This document shows positions 11,201 through 23,706 of a stretch of 44,076 nucleotides of DNA, one piece after another. Numbering within the stretch: the stretch's first letter is position 1; each line of letters opens with the position of its first letter. The notes under the pieces are model-generated. The model had not been told where the DNA came from and ran no database searches. It was given only the letters and a program-made list of their open reading frames with translations. Origin of the DNA: Nemertoderma westbladi (Eukaryota > Animalia > Xenacoelomorpha); assembly GCA_032718475.1 (NCBI GenBank), contig JAUCBJ010007675.1, positions 1-44,076 of the forward strand. Direction: 5' to 3'. The position numbers and the translations under genes are program-made.

Positions 11201-14200
11201 AGAGGAGTCGTCAGGTTGCCTCCTATAAAGAGCAGCTATCGAGTTGCATCCTATCAAGAGGAACCTTCGGGTTGTCTCTGGTTAGAGAGGAGCCTTCGGG
11301 TTGCCTCCTATAAAGAGGAGCCTTCGAGTTGCATCCTATAAAGAGGAACCTTCGGGTTGCCTCTGGTTAGAGAGGAGCCTTCGGGTTGCCTCCTATATAG
11401 AGGAGCCATCGGGTTGCCTCCGGTAGAGAGGAGTCTTCAGGTTGCCTCCTATAAAGAGCAGCCTTCGAGTTGCATCCTATAAAGAGGAAACTTCGGGTTG
11501 CCTCTGGTTAGAGAGGAGCCTTCGGGTTGCCTCCTATATAGATGAGCCATCGGGTTGCCTCCGGTAGAGAGGAGTCTTCAGGTTGCCTCCTATAAAGAGC
11601 AGCCTTCGAGTTGCATCCTATAAAGAGGAACTTTCGGGTTGCATCCTATAAAGAGGAACCTTCGGGTTGCATCTGGTTAGAGAGGAGCCTTCGTGTTGCC
11701 TCCTATATAAAGGAGCCATCGGGTTGCCTCCGGTAGAGAGGAGTCGTCAGGTTGCCTCCTATAAAGAGCAGCCTTCGAGTTGCATCCTATAAAGAGGAAA
11801 CTTCGGGTTGCCTCTGGTTAGAGAGGAGCCTTCGGGTTGCCTCCTATATAGATGAGCCATCGGGTTGCCTCCGGTAGAGAGGAGTCTTCAGGTTGCCTCC
11901 TATAAAGAGCAGCCTTCGAGTTGCATCCTATAAAGAGGAACTTTCGGGTTGCATCCTATAAAGAGGAACCTTCGGGTTGCCTCTGGTTAGAGAGGAGCCT
12001 TCGTGTTGCCTCCTATATAGAGGAGCCATCGGGTTGCCTCCGGTAGAGAGGAGTCTTCAGGTTGCCTCCTATAAAGGCAGCCTTCGAGTTGCATCCTATA
12101 AAGAGGAACCTTCGGGTTGCCTCTGGTTAGAGAGGAGCCTTCGGGTTGCCTCCTATATAGAGGAGCCATCGGGTTGCCTCCGGTAGAGAGGAGTCGTCAG
12201 GTTGCCTCCTATAAAGAGCAGCCTTCGAGTTGCATCCTATAAAGAGGAACCTTCGGGTTGCCTCTGGTAAAAGAGGAGCCTTCGGGTTGCCTCCTATATA
12301 GAGGAGCCATCGGGTTGCCTCCTATATAGAGTAGCCATCGGGTTGCCTCCGGTAGAGAGGAGTCGTCAGGTTGCCTCCTATAAAGAGGAGCCTTCGAGTT
12401 GCATCCTATAAAGAGGAACCTTCGGGTTGCCTCTGGATAAAGAGGAGCCTTCGGGTTGCCTCCTATATAGAGGAGCCATCGGGTTGCCTCCATCCAGTAG
12501 AGAGGAGTCGTCAGGTTGCCTCCTATAAAGAGGAACCTTCGAATTGCATCCTATAAAGAGGAACCTTCGGGTTGCCTCTGGTTAGAGAGGAGCCTTCGGG
12601 TTGCCTCCTATATAGAGGAGCCATCGGGTTTCCTCCTATATAGAGGAGCCATCGGGTTGCCTCCGGTAGAGAGGAGTCGTCAGGTTGCCTCCTATAAAGA
12701 GGAGCCTTCGAGTTGCATACTATAAAGAGGAACCTTCGGGTTGCCTCTGGTTAGAGAGGAGCCTTCGGGTTGCCTCCGGTAGAGAAGAGCCTTCGGGTTG
12801 CCTCCTATATAGAGGACCCATCGGGTTTCCTCCTATATAGAGGAGCCATCGGGTTGCCTTCGGTAGAGAGGAGTCGTCAGGTTGCCTCCTATAAAGAGGA
12901 GCCTTCGAGTTGCATACTATAAAGAGGAACCTTCGGGTTGCCTCTGGTTAAAAAGGAGCCTTCGGGTTGCCTCCTATAAAGAGGATACTTCGGGTTGCCT
13001 CCAGTAGAGAGGAACCTTCGGGTTGCCTCCTATAAAGAGGATCCTTCGGGTTGCCTCCTATATAGAGGAGCCATCGGGTTGCCTCCGGTAGAGAGGAGTC
13101 GTCAGGTTGCCTCCTATAAAGAGGAGCCTTCGAGTTGCATCCTATAAAGAGGAACCTTCGGGTTGCCTCTGGTTAGAGAGGAGCCTTCGGGTTGCCTCCT
13201 ATATAGAGGAGCCATCGGGTTTCCTCCTATATAGAGGAGCCACCGGGTTGCCTCCGGTAGAGAGGAGTCGTCAGGTTGCCTCCTATAAAGAGGAGCCTTC
13301 GAGTTGCATACTATAAAGAGCAACCTTCGGGTTGCCTCTGGTTAAAAAGGAGCCTTCGGGTTGCCTCCTATAAAGAGGATACTTCGGGTTGCCTCCAGTA
13401 GAGAGGAACCTTCGGGTTGCCTCCTATAAAGAGGATCCTTCGGGTTGCCTCCGGTAGAGAGGAGCCTTCGGGTTGCCTCCGGTAGAGAGGAGCGTTCGGG
13501 TTGCTTCCGGTAGAGAGGAATCTTCAGTTTGCCTCCTATAAAGAGGAGCCTTCGGCAGAGAGGAGCCTTCAGTTGCCTCCGGTAGAGAGGAGCCTTCGGG
13601 TTGCCTCCGGTAGAGAGAAGTCGTCAGGTTGCCTCCTATAAAGAGCAGCCTTCGAGTTGCATCCTATAAAGAGGAAACTTCGGGTTGCCTCTGGTTAGAG
13701 AGGAGCCTTCGGGTTGCCTCCTATATAGATGAGCCATCGGGTTGCCTCCGGTAGAGAGGAGTCTTCAGGTTGCCTCCTATAAAGAGCAGCCTTCGAGTTG
13801 CATCCTATAAAGAGGAACTTTCGGGTTGCATCCTATAAAGAGGAACCTTCGGGTTGCCTCTGGTTAGAGAGGAGCCTTCGTGTTGCCTCCGGTAGAGAGG
13901 AGCCATCGGGTTGCCTCCGGTAGAGAGGAGTCTTCAGGTTGCCTCCTATAAAGGCAGCCTTCGAGTTGCATCCTATAAAGAGGAACCTTCGGGTTGCCTC
14001 TGGTTAGAGAGGAGCCTTCGGGTTGCCTCCTTAGAGAGGAGCCATCGGGTTGCCTCCGGTAGAGAGGAGTCGTCAGGTTGCCTCCTATAAAGAGCAGCCT
14101 TCGAGTTGCATCCTATAAAGAGGAACCTTCGGGTTGCCTCTGGTAAAAGAGGAGCCTTCGGGTTGCCTCCTATATAGAGGAGCCATCCGGTTGCCTCCTA

Positions 14201-17200
14201 TATAGAGTAGCCATCGGGTTGCCTCCGGTAGAGAGGAGTCGTCAGGTTGCCTCCTATAAAGAGGAGCCTTCGAGTTGCATCCTATAAAGAGGAACCTTCG
14301 GGTTGCCTCTGGATAAAGAGGAGCCTTCGGGTTGCCTCCTATATAGAGGAGCCATCGGGTTGCCTCCATCCAGTAGAGAGGAGTCGTCAGGTTGCCTCCT
14401 ATAAAGAGGAACCTTCGAATTGCATCCTATAAAGAGGAACCTTCGGGTTGCCTCTGGTTAGAGAGGAGCCTTCGGGTTGCCTCCTATATAGAGGAGCCAT
14501 CGGGTTTCCTCCTATATAGAGGAGCCATCGGGTTGCCTCCATCCAGTAGAGAGGAGTCGTCAGGTTGCCTCCTATAAAGAGGAACCTTCGAATTGCATCC
14601 TATAAAGAGGAACCTTCGGGTTGCCTCTGGTTAGAGAGGAGCCTTCGGGTTGCCTCCTATATAGAGGAGCCATCGGGTTTCCTCCTATATAGAGGAGCCA
14701 TCGGGTTGCCTCCGGTAGAGAGGAGTCGTCAGGTTGCCTCCTATAAAGAGGAGCCTTCGAGTTGCATCCTATAAAGAGGAACCTTCGGGTTGCCTCTGGA
14801 TAAAGAGGAGCCTTCGGGTTGCCTCCTATATAGAGGAGCCATCGGGTTGCCTCCATCCAGTAGAGAGGAGTCGTCAGGTTGCCTCCTATAAAGAGGAACC
14901 TTCGAATTGCATCCTATAAAGAGGAACCTTCGGGTTGCCTCTGGTTAGAGAGGAGCCTTCGGGTTGCCTCCTATATAGAGGAGCCATCGGGTTTCCTCCT
15001 ATATAGAGGAGCCATCGGGTTGCCTCCATCCAGTAGAGAGGAGTCGTCAGGTTGCCTCCTATAAAGAGGAACCTTCGAATTGCATCCTATAAAGAGGAAC
15101 CTTCGGGTTGCCTCTGGTTAGAGAGGAGCCTTCGGGTTGCCTCCTATATAGAGGAGCCATCGGGTTTCCTCCTATATAGAGGAGCCATCGGGTTGCCTCC
15201 GGTAGAGAGGAGTCGTCAGGTTGCCTCCTATAAAGAGGAGCCTTCGAGTTGCATACTATAAAGAGGAACCTTCGGGTTGCCTCTGGTTAGAGAGGAGCCT
15301 TCGGGTTGCCTCCGGTAGAGAAGAGCCTTCGGGTTGCCTCCTATATAGAGGACCCATCGGGTTTCCTCCTATATAGAGGAGCCATCGGGTTGCCTTCGGT
15401 AGAGAGGAGTCGTCAGGTTGCCTCCTATAAAGAGGAACCTTCGGGTTGCCTCTGGTTAAAAAGGAGCCTTCGGGTTGCCTCCTATAAAGAGGATACTTCG
15501 GGTTGCCTCCAGTAGAGAGGAACCTTCGGGTTGCCTCCTATAAAGAGGATCCTTCGGGTTGCCTCCTATATAGAGGAGCCATCGGGTTGCCTCCGGTAGA
15601 GAGGAGTCGTCAGGTTGCCTCCTATAAAGAGGAGCCTTCGAGTTGCATCCGGTAGAGAGGAGCCTTCGGGTTGCCTCCGGTTAGAGAGGAGCCTTCGGGT
15701 TGCCTCCGGTAGAGAGGAGCCATCGGGTTGCCTCCTATAGAGAGGAGCCATTCGGGTTGCCTCCGGTAGAGAGGAGTCTTCAGGTTGCCTCCTATAAAGA
15801 GGAGCCTTCGGGTTGCCTACTATAGAGAGGAGCCTTCGGGTTGCCTCTGGTTAGAGAGGAGCCTTCGGGTTGCCTCCTATAAAGAGGATACTTCGGGTTG
15901 CCTCCAGTAGAGAGGAGCCTTCGGGTTGCCTCCTAGTAGAGAGGATCCTTCGGGTTGCCTCCGGTAGAGAGGAGCCTTCGGGTTGCCTCCGGTAGAGAGG
16001 AGCCTTCGGGTTGCTTCCGGTAGAGAGGAGCTCTTCAGTTTGCCTCCTATAAAGAGGAGCCTTCGGCAGAGAGGAGCCTTCGGTTGCCTCCGGTAGAGAG
16101 GAGCCTTCGGGTTGCCTCCTACAGAGGAGCCTTCGGGTTTCCTCCGGTAGAGAGGAGCCTTCGGGTTACCTCCGGTAGAGAGGAGTCTTCAGTTTGTCTC
16201 CTATAAAGAGGAGCCTTCGGGTAGCCTTCGGCAGAGAGGAGCCTTCGGTTGCCTCCGGTAGAGAGGAGCCTTCTGGTGTGCTCCTAGGTAGAGAGGAGCC
16301 TTCGGGTAGCCTCCGGTAGAGAGGAGCCTTCGGGTTTCCTCCGGTAGAGAGGAGCCTTCGGGTTGCCTCCGGTAGAGAGGAGCCTTCGGGTTGCCTCCGG
16401 TAGAGAGGAGCCTTCGGGTTGCCTCCGGTAGAGAGGAGCCTTCGGGTTGCATTCGGTAGAGAGGAGCCTTCGGGTTGCCTCCAGTAGAGAGGAGCCTTCG
16501 GGTTGCCTCCGGTAGAGAGGAGCCTTCGGGTTGCCTCCGGTATAAAGAGGAGCCTTCGGGTAGCCTCCGGCAGAGAGGAGCCTTCGGGTTGCCTCTGGTT
16601 AGAGAGGAGCCTTCGGGTTGCCTCATATAGTGAGGAGCCTTTGGTTTCTCTCTGGTAGAGAGGAGCCTTCGGGTTGCCTCTGGTAGAGAGGAGCCTTCGG
16701 GTTGCCTCCGGTAGAGGGGAGCCTTCGGGTTGCCTCCGGTAGAGAGGAGCCTTCGGGTTACCTCCGGTAGAGAGGAGCCTTCGGGTTACCTCCGGTAGAG
16801 AGGATCCTTCGGGTTGCCTCCGGTAGAGAGGAGCCTTCGGGTTGCCTCCGGTAGAGAGGAACCGTCGCGTTACCTCCGGTAGAGGGGAGCCTTCGGGTTG
16901 CCTCTGGTAGAGAGGAGCGTTCGGGTTGTCTCCGGTAGAGAGGAGCCTTCGGGTTGCCTCCGGTAGAGAGGAGCCTTCGGGTTGCCTCCGGTAGAGAGGA
17001 GCCTTCGGGTTGCCTCCGGTAGAGAGGAGCCTTCGGGTTGCCTCCGGTAGAGAGGAGCCTTCGGGTTGCCTCCGGTAGAGGGGAGCCTTCGGGTTGCCTC
17101 CGGTAGAGAGGAGCCTTCGGGTTTCCTCCGGTAGAGAGGAGCCTTCGGGTTGCCTCCGGTAGAGAGGAACCTTCGGGTTGCCTCCGGTAGAGAGGAGCCT

Positions 17201-17231
17201 TCGGGTTGTCTCCGGTAGAGAGGAACCTTGG
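8259..17231 (+). repeat. 28-bp GC-rich minisatellite, ~320 copies, with higher-order repeats
   Basis: Unit GAGGAGCCTTCGGGTTGCCTCCGGTAGA. A 141-bp 5-mer HOR is seen (e.g. 8641 to 8782), and ~168-bp 6-mers. Confidence 0.98.
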
Positions 17232-17731
17232 ATGCTATATTGAAGCTACACAATTTTTATCCGCCTATACGTTAAGGGAAATATAATAAAATTGACTATA
17301 TAGTTACACCGTTTACTTATTAAATTAAATTGTAAATGGAATAATACAATATAATTATTAGAGAAATGAAATAACTAGATTACAAAAACTATAATAATAA
17401 AATAACTACAATAAATTTAAATTTTTGTTACATGTCAACTTATCATCGTTCTGGTGATACCTTCGTAACAACCCGAATCACTATCACTAATCGACGTGAA
17501 CGAACGTACGAACGTAATCACTAACTTAGTAACAATAAACTTCTAGAACACTGAGTATTCTCAATTTATGATAAGCCATTGTAGGGTAAGTGTAAGACTA
17601 TTTACCATACAGTTGTTACAGTAACTGCAATTAATTGCATAAAAAATATAACTCCATTAATATTCTGATACATTACAATAAAAAGCACGTAATTAAGCAA
17701 TCAGGATGCCGATAAATTGACATATATGTCA

Positions 17732-17917
17732 ACAAGAGTCATAATAAACGCTGAAAGTGAATAGTAGTGACCTTTTCACAAAATGGTGTACGTAATTTGT
17801 TTACAAATTACACTATAGTATATATATAGTATATATTACACTATAGTGTAACAAAATTACGTACATCATTGTGTGAAAAGGTGACTACTATTCACTTTCA
17901 GCGTTTATGACTCTTGT
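17732..17917. repeat. ~186-bp palindrome (~70-bp arms, AT-rich centre), MITE-like
   Basis: ACAAGAGTCATA..AAACGCTGAAAGTGAATAGTAGT.ACCTTTTCACA.AATG.TGTACGTAATTT is matched by its reverse complement at ~17847-17917. Confidence 0.9.
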
Positions 17918-18638
17918 ATATATTTATGGAAACCTCCCTCGCTGCGTTCGCTCGGTACATAAATAGCCTCGGGTCATAAAGTGCTACTTTTCATTAACTA
18001 ATGATATAAAATAGTTATTACAAACAAATGGGTAGGTCGATATTACTAATACCATGTAATTCATTTATTAGGCATAGAGAAATAATTTATGAGATATAAA
18101 GGTTGGATGCAATCATCACAGCGTCTACTCTTCGTCCAATAATTATCAATTAAGGGAAACGAGCACGTTGTAGTGGCACGTAATTCTAACCAAAATAATA
18201 AACGGGAGACATATCACTGGCTTACGGATGTACATAATCAGTGAGACAATTTGTAGACAATTGCAATTATTTATTTTGCGAATATTACATTGGGTGGGTA
18301 TAAATTGTGTTTATCTTATTGATATTGCTTTTATGCTCTTTGTTTAGTAAATTGTTCATTTAAACTTTAAAACGATTCAATTACAGATATACTGTAGTGT
18401 TATGTTGCCTAAATAACTTATCACCTTTACTCCTCTCACATCAATCCGACTAAATTAGTAACAGTAATGGACCGTTGCACACAATGGTGTAAATAAATTG
18501 TATAATAGACTTTATTAATGAATATTAAAATTAATTACTGAATTAATGGCAATAATAAAACTTATATAGCAGGAATTGCACCACGGAGAATACAAATAGA
18601 GCAAAATAATTAGACTGCGTAACTATAGATATGAGCTG

Positions 18639-18877
18639 CAGTGCCGGATTAAGCCTTGTTTACCTTTTACGACCAACTAAAACAACGAGCAAAACATTTA
18701 ATGTGGATCAATTGGAATTTTTTAGCTATCAATTAATCCGTTAATTAATCAATTAATCATTGTTATGGATATATATTTATGACTTATGAGTACGAATTCT
18801 ACGAAATATATCAGTTTTCAGGTCACTTCTAAAAAATGTGGCTTAGAGCCACTGCGGAGAGGCTTAATTCAGCACAG
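18639..18877. mobile_element. Degenerate hAT-like MITE
   Basis: CAGTGCCGGATTAAGCCT vs AGGCTTAATTCAGCACAG (15/18 inverted match); no clear TSD. Confidence 0.4.
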
Positions 18878-19573
18878 TCCAGCACTCGACTAACATAACG
18901 AATAATAAATTATTACCGGTACTACATTTAAATAATATTGCATAATTATATGTAGAATATGAATTATGTGACCATAGATATTGTTTGAAATGAAAATGTT
19001 TAGAGCATTATAATAGAATTGTAGAAGAGTCGGTAGCTTTGTGTTACAACAAATGCCTATCATCCATCGGACACATAGTGCGCGGCATCAGCTACGTCAG
19101 GGCGGCTCAGAAGGGATTACTCCATTTTTTTTAATTTCATGGGAAAAAAAGAAAAAACTACATTTTAGAAGTTATTTTTTAAAATATTTTTAGTATTATT
19201 ATTTTCCAGAGAAAATCAACATATTGGACATTCTTGTTTTTTCCTTTTTATTTTTTATATCTCAGAAATAGAAATAAAAAAATTTTTTTATCAATTTTTG
19301 TATATTTATTTTGCTGTTTTTGCATATTAGGCAACAGCTGGTATGGTCAGGACTCAGACATTCGGTTGTTCGTTTGACTGCGGGCGGGTTGCGGTACACA
19401 ATACTGGAACATAATAATTATCGAGGTTGTATTGTAATTACAACAATTATACATTACTTAAAATTTACAATGCTGTCCAATTTCTGTTACTTTTCTATTT
19501 TGATATTTTAAGACCCATAAAAATAAAGTAAATAAAAATGAATTTATAAAACGTTGTGATACTACTACAGCAG

Positions 19574-20466
19574 CAGCCGGTTGCACCAAGCTCCACTAAC
19601 CGCTTAGTGTTGGTGAAAAGTGCTTAACGACACTAACCTACATCACCCTAACAGCTCTTACCGCAGCACCAAGCCCACTAACCAGTAAGTGACACTAACT
19701 AGTTAGTGCCGGATGCTTAGGGACCTCCCTAACTACCACCATAAACATATATTTAAAACAATTTTTGACTATTTTGTTCGTTGCTTAGTTTCGTTAAGAG
19801 GTAGTCCTATTTGCCTTTATTTAACTCCTATTGCCATGGGAACTAGAGATTACTGGAATGTAATTTAATTTTAATTTAAGCATTACAAAATGATCGAGGT
19901 TGTTGTTCAGATGACACATACCGCATTTCATGACATACTATTGCATAGTCTATGCCAGAATGACCGATCTTTGTATCAAAGCATCGATTTGCAGCGGTTG
20001 TCATGGTAACTGAAAAATAGAACAATGTAATTCTGATGCAGAATAAGTCATATAGTGGAAGTCCGTTGCCATGGAAACCAGATTTTTCCCAGACATGAGA
20101 ACCATCCCAAACGATGCGCCTCAATGAGTAGTATATACATGCAAAATTTCAGGGCACTTTAAAGGCTGCCTCAAATCAGGAAAAAAGCCCACTATGAATA
20201 CACCATCTCAGCTAAGGGAGGAAAATCTTTCTTAGCGAAAGTATTTGATATTCCTTAGCTTCGTGGATTTAAAACAAAAGAGGGACCATGAATTTAGTAG
20301 GCCTTTGTGAGGTGGTTAGGGGGGTAAACTGGCACTAACTTAAGTGTTAGTGTTAGTGTGCTCGGTGCAACGGTACTAAGAAAGTCGCACTTAAGTTAGT
20401 GCCACAAACACCACCATAAGCGGTCAGTGGCACTAAGTAGTTAGTGGAGCTTGGTGCAACCGGTTG
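19574..20466. mobile_element. PIF/Harbinger-like MITE (893 bp)
   Basis: 27-bp TIRs CA(G/A)CCGGTTGCACCAAGCTCCACTAAC (one mismatch), 3-bp TSD CAG on both sides, subterminal CACTAAC/GTTAGTG repeats. Confidence 0.8.
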
Positions 20467-21432
20467 CAGGTATCCAAAGTAAGAAGTATTCAAGGAATGG
20501 GATTAGTAGTACATTATAGTATTATAGCAGTGTTGCAAATGATGCATGCGTGACGATTCAGCGCTAAAAGACGTTGAAAATTGTAGAATAAGGTTGATTG
20601 ATTAAAGACGATGGCTTACCAACCCCACAGAATACATTGTTAAAAAATACAACGGATTTGCCAAGAAGCAGTACGTTTGATTGATCTGAGCTGTTGTCTC
20701 CGAATCCTCAAATAAAGGAAACACGTAATTAAAATGATATCCTCTCCAATCAGTCAACGCTGACACTACTGGCTGACTCGAGGGATCACACATTTTCATC
20801 GCGTGGATTTTCCACACACCACGGTATTTCCATTGCGTGGTAGCTTCATCCCCAGGGATAACCAACTGAGATTAACATAATTGGCATTGCTAGTTTCGCG
20901 TTCGTTCGTCGTTCTAGCATGCGTCAACGGTGATCCCTGGGTCGGCGTGGTGGTGGGCAATGAGGTGCCGACATTATTGTTAAAGATATATTTTTGAAGC
21001 AACTTATATTTTAGGATAGTAGAGTGCAAGATGGGTAAATGGTACCAAGTAAGGGTAGAGTAGGGTAGATAAGTAACCAGAAGTTTCTCTTTATAAAATA
21101 GCAAATACAACAATTGATAATTCGATTAAAAACTAAAAAAATGATGCATAATAATAATATATGAAAATAAGGAGCCAACAACAAAAAGGATAACACGCCA
21201 CTTCTACCCCCCCCCCCCCCCTTCCCACTCTGTTACGGTGTTTTATGGCCCCTAAGAACGAAACAACTTGAAGAAACAAAATTGAACATAATACGAATTT
21301 AAATATTATTTAAAGAATTAAATACTCTAAACGCCTTAAAAAAGATATATAGTAAAACAAATGTTTTTTTTTATTTATGGAAAAGAATTAAGTAGCTGAC
21401 AATTACTGTGAACGGGATGAAGCAGTGATAAG

Positions 21433-21674
21433 TTATTTTCGAGGAGTTGTATAGTAGACTGGGTCACGTGACCTAGCTGGCTGAGTGCGTACTAGGGCTT
21501 CTACGGGTGTTCCGAGTCCCGATGGGTTGGTGGCTGGTAGGCACGGGTTGTCGGCCGGAACACTACCGCTAGATGCGTTACCAGATGGGTCGCCCGTGGT
21601 GTTCGGGGGGGTCGAGGCGTATAGTTGGGCGTGCGAGCGACGCACACGAACATTAATCACCTCCTCCATGAACT
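21433..21674 (-). CDS. Probable terminal coding exon of the RGS12-like gene (EFMEEVINVRVRRSHAQ...YYTTPRK*)
   Basis: TTTCTCGTTACAG acceptor, phase 1, in frame with exon 35823-35924. GC-rich, P/S/T-rich frame ending in TAA. Confidence 0.6.
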
Positions 21675-22704
21675 CTGTAACGAGAAATAATAAACAGTTT
21701 AGAAGGTATAAAGCTGTGATTAAAAATGTAAAAGAACCCTGTTAAAATAACACCAGCTATCAGGCACAGATTGAATTTCTTTCGAATTTTAGGTCGGCTA
21801 TATTTAAAATCATCTGGCGAAACATGTTAACTTTACATTTACATATAAAATATACACGCCCCCTGAGGATTAATAACGTAGGTAGCCTATATTTACATAC
21901 AATTTATGCACCAAATAATAGGTGTTCACTGAAATAGTGCATCAGTAATGCATTCGTGAAGTAAGAGGTAATTATTCGATTTATTGTTGCAATTAAACAG
22001 GCAATATCGACAACGTTGTAAGTTGATATATCATTATATTTCAAAGGTTGAAAAAGGGCATGCAAAACAGAGTTTCTTATGAAGTAGCCCACTCTGGTCA
22101 AAGTTATTTCGTTATGAAGTTGTTCTAAGGGGTTCATCAATAAATTTAATATTTCCATGAGAGACAGAGAACACAAAGGGAATTAATTACGCTGGAGTAC
22201 ATATGCAAATAGGTTTGCGATCCAGGGTTTCTTCTCGGGAATATATTACCTACATATTAATATTTTATGACATACATTGAAGGGTAGCTAAAGAAGGATA
22301 TACAATACCTGATGAATATATATTATCCATCATACTATATCATATGCTAGTGTCAGCTATTATTAGAATGAATATCTATCATCGACTTACTCTAAATCTC
22401 AATTAGCCAATTACTGAAAGGTTCAGCACCTGCGGCTATGCAAAATGCACAGTAAATGTATTTACAAAGATGCGCTGGCTATTCCTGACAATATTTACCA
22501 ATTTTAAGATATATTACTGCAATCCTAAAAGTCTAGGGTCTATCCTAATATATTTAAGGTATAAGAACGGTAAATATAAATTAGCTTTCTAATGTTAATG
22601 TTATAGGCTAATAGCGGCTAATCTGAAGAATGGCCACGATACGAATGGTCTAATTTAACGAAATTATCTAAAACGCTTGTAAAAACATTGAAAAGCAAAC
22701 TTAA

Positions 22705-22840
22705 AACGTTGCACGTCATTCTAACCAAAATAATAAACTGAAGTCCCACACCAAAACAGTTATGTTTTTGGGAGCAATCAGCTGTTATTTGCGTCCATTT
22801 TCCGCTGGAGAGGGATGAATTTTGATTGCGGCAAACAAAA
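22705..22840 (-). repeat. Dispersed short repeat family, inverted copy
   Basis: Reverse-complement similarity to 265-405; both translate RNQNSSL.SG in the ORF track. Confidence 0.75.
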
Positions 22841-23067
22841 GGTAGTACTTTTAGGAAAGAAAAGCAACACCCCCCCCCCCCCCCCCCCATGTAGTATACA
22901 GGAATAGCACACTAATTGTTGCAATAGGATATATTGACAGTGGCATTTATTTCCTGTCACCGCCCAACACCAATATTATATATTCTATACGGGCCTCACC
23001 ATCCATCACCCGACTGAATTGAATTAAACGTGGGGTAAATGCAGGTCAGGGTATTATTATAGCATAC

Positions 23068-23166
23068 CGATTGCTTAATGTCGAAGCGATCGAGCTAGTT
23101 TGTTTGGGAAAATGCGTTGGGCGGCTGTGCCTTGGGGGTGAGGGGTGTGAGGGTAGTAGGGGAGAA
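23068..23166 (-). CDS. Possible Pro/Ser-rich exon (SPLLPSHPSPPRHSRPTHFPKQTSSIASTLSNR)
   Basis: Long pyrimidine tract plus CAG acceptor, GTATGC donor, 99 bp. It is open only as phase 2/2, which does not join the phase-1 neighbours unless other exons were missed. Confidence 0.3.
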
Positions 23167-23706
23167 CTGGGTGGGGAGATACGGATGGAGTAAGGAACAC
23201 AGGAGAGAGGTAAGATAAGTTGTTATCTGGAATTCTAATTCAGGGAGGAAGTAAACTCCATATAAAACCTTTGCTATGTAAAGATGGAAGTGGTAATGAT
23301 GACACACAATCAAGAATTAATGATTAAAAGCAATGTAATTACGAGTTTCTGACATCGCTGCATCTACAACTGACGTGTACGTGTAACACAATAATCGCAT
23401 CCATTCACGGTGCACTAATGGGCCGGTGTTTAATGTTCTAATTACATTTGGTAGATTTGTATCCCTTGGAGAAGAAAAGGGGGACCATTTTAGTCAGGGG
23501 GAAGGGGCCATTGAAGTCAAAAGGATTAAAAAAGGTACAAAAAAATATTGAGAATACAAAAAAAATATTGAGAGTACAAAAAAAATATGCTTTTTATGGC
23601 CGAAATTTGATTTTTACGGCCTAAATTATCGGAAACATAAGATGGAAAAAAATATAATAGGAATATAGATAGAAAAAAATAACCATTAGCTTGTTTGTGA
23701 GTTAGA

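Noticed and set aside
9113-17253. Many repetitive ORFs (EEPSGCL / RRQPEGSSL peptides)
   Set aside because: They are translations of the 28-bp array on both strands. The unit is not a multiple of 3 and stop codons are frequent.
20602-21113. Two overlapping minus-strand ORFs, one T/S/P-rich, as extra RGS12-like exons
   Set aside because: No convincing acceptor/donor pair in phase, and the upstream exon already ends in a stop. An alternative last exon cannot be excluded.
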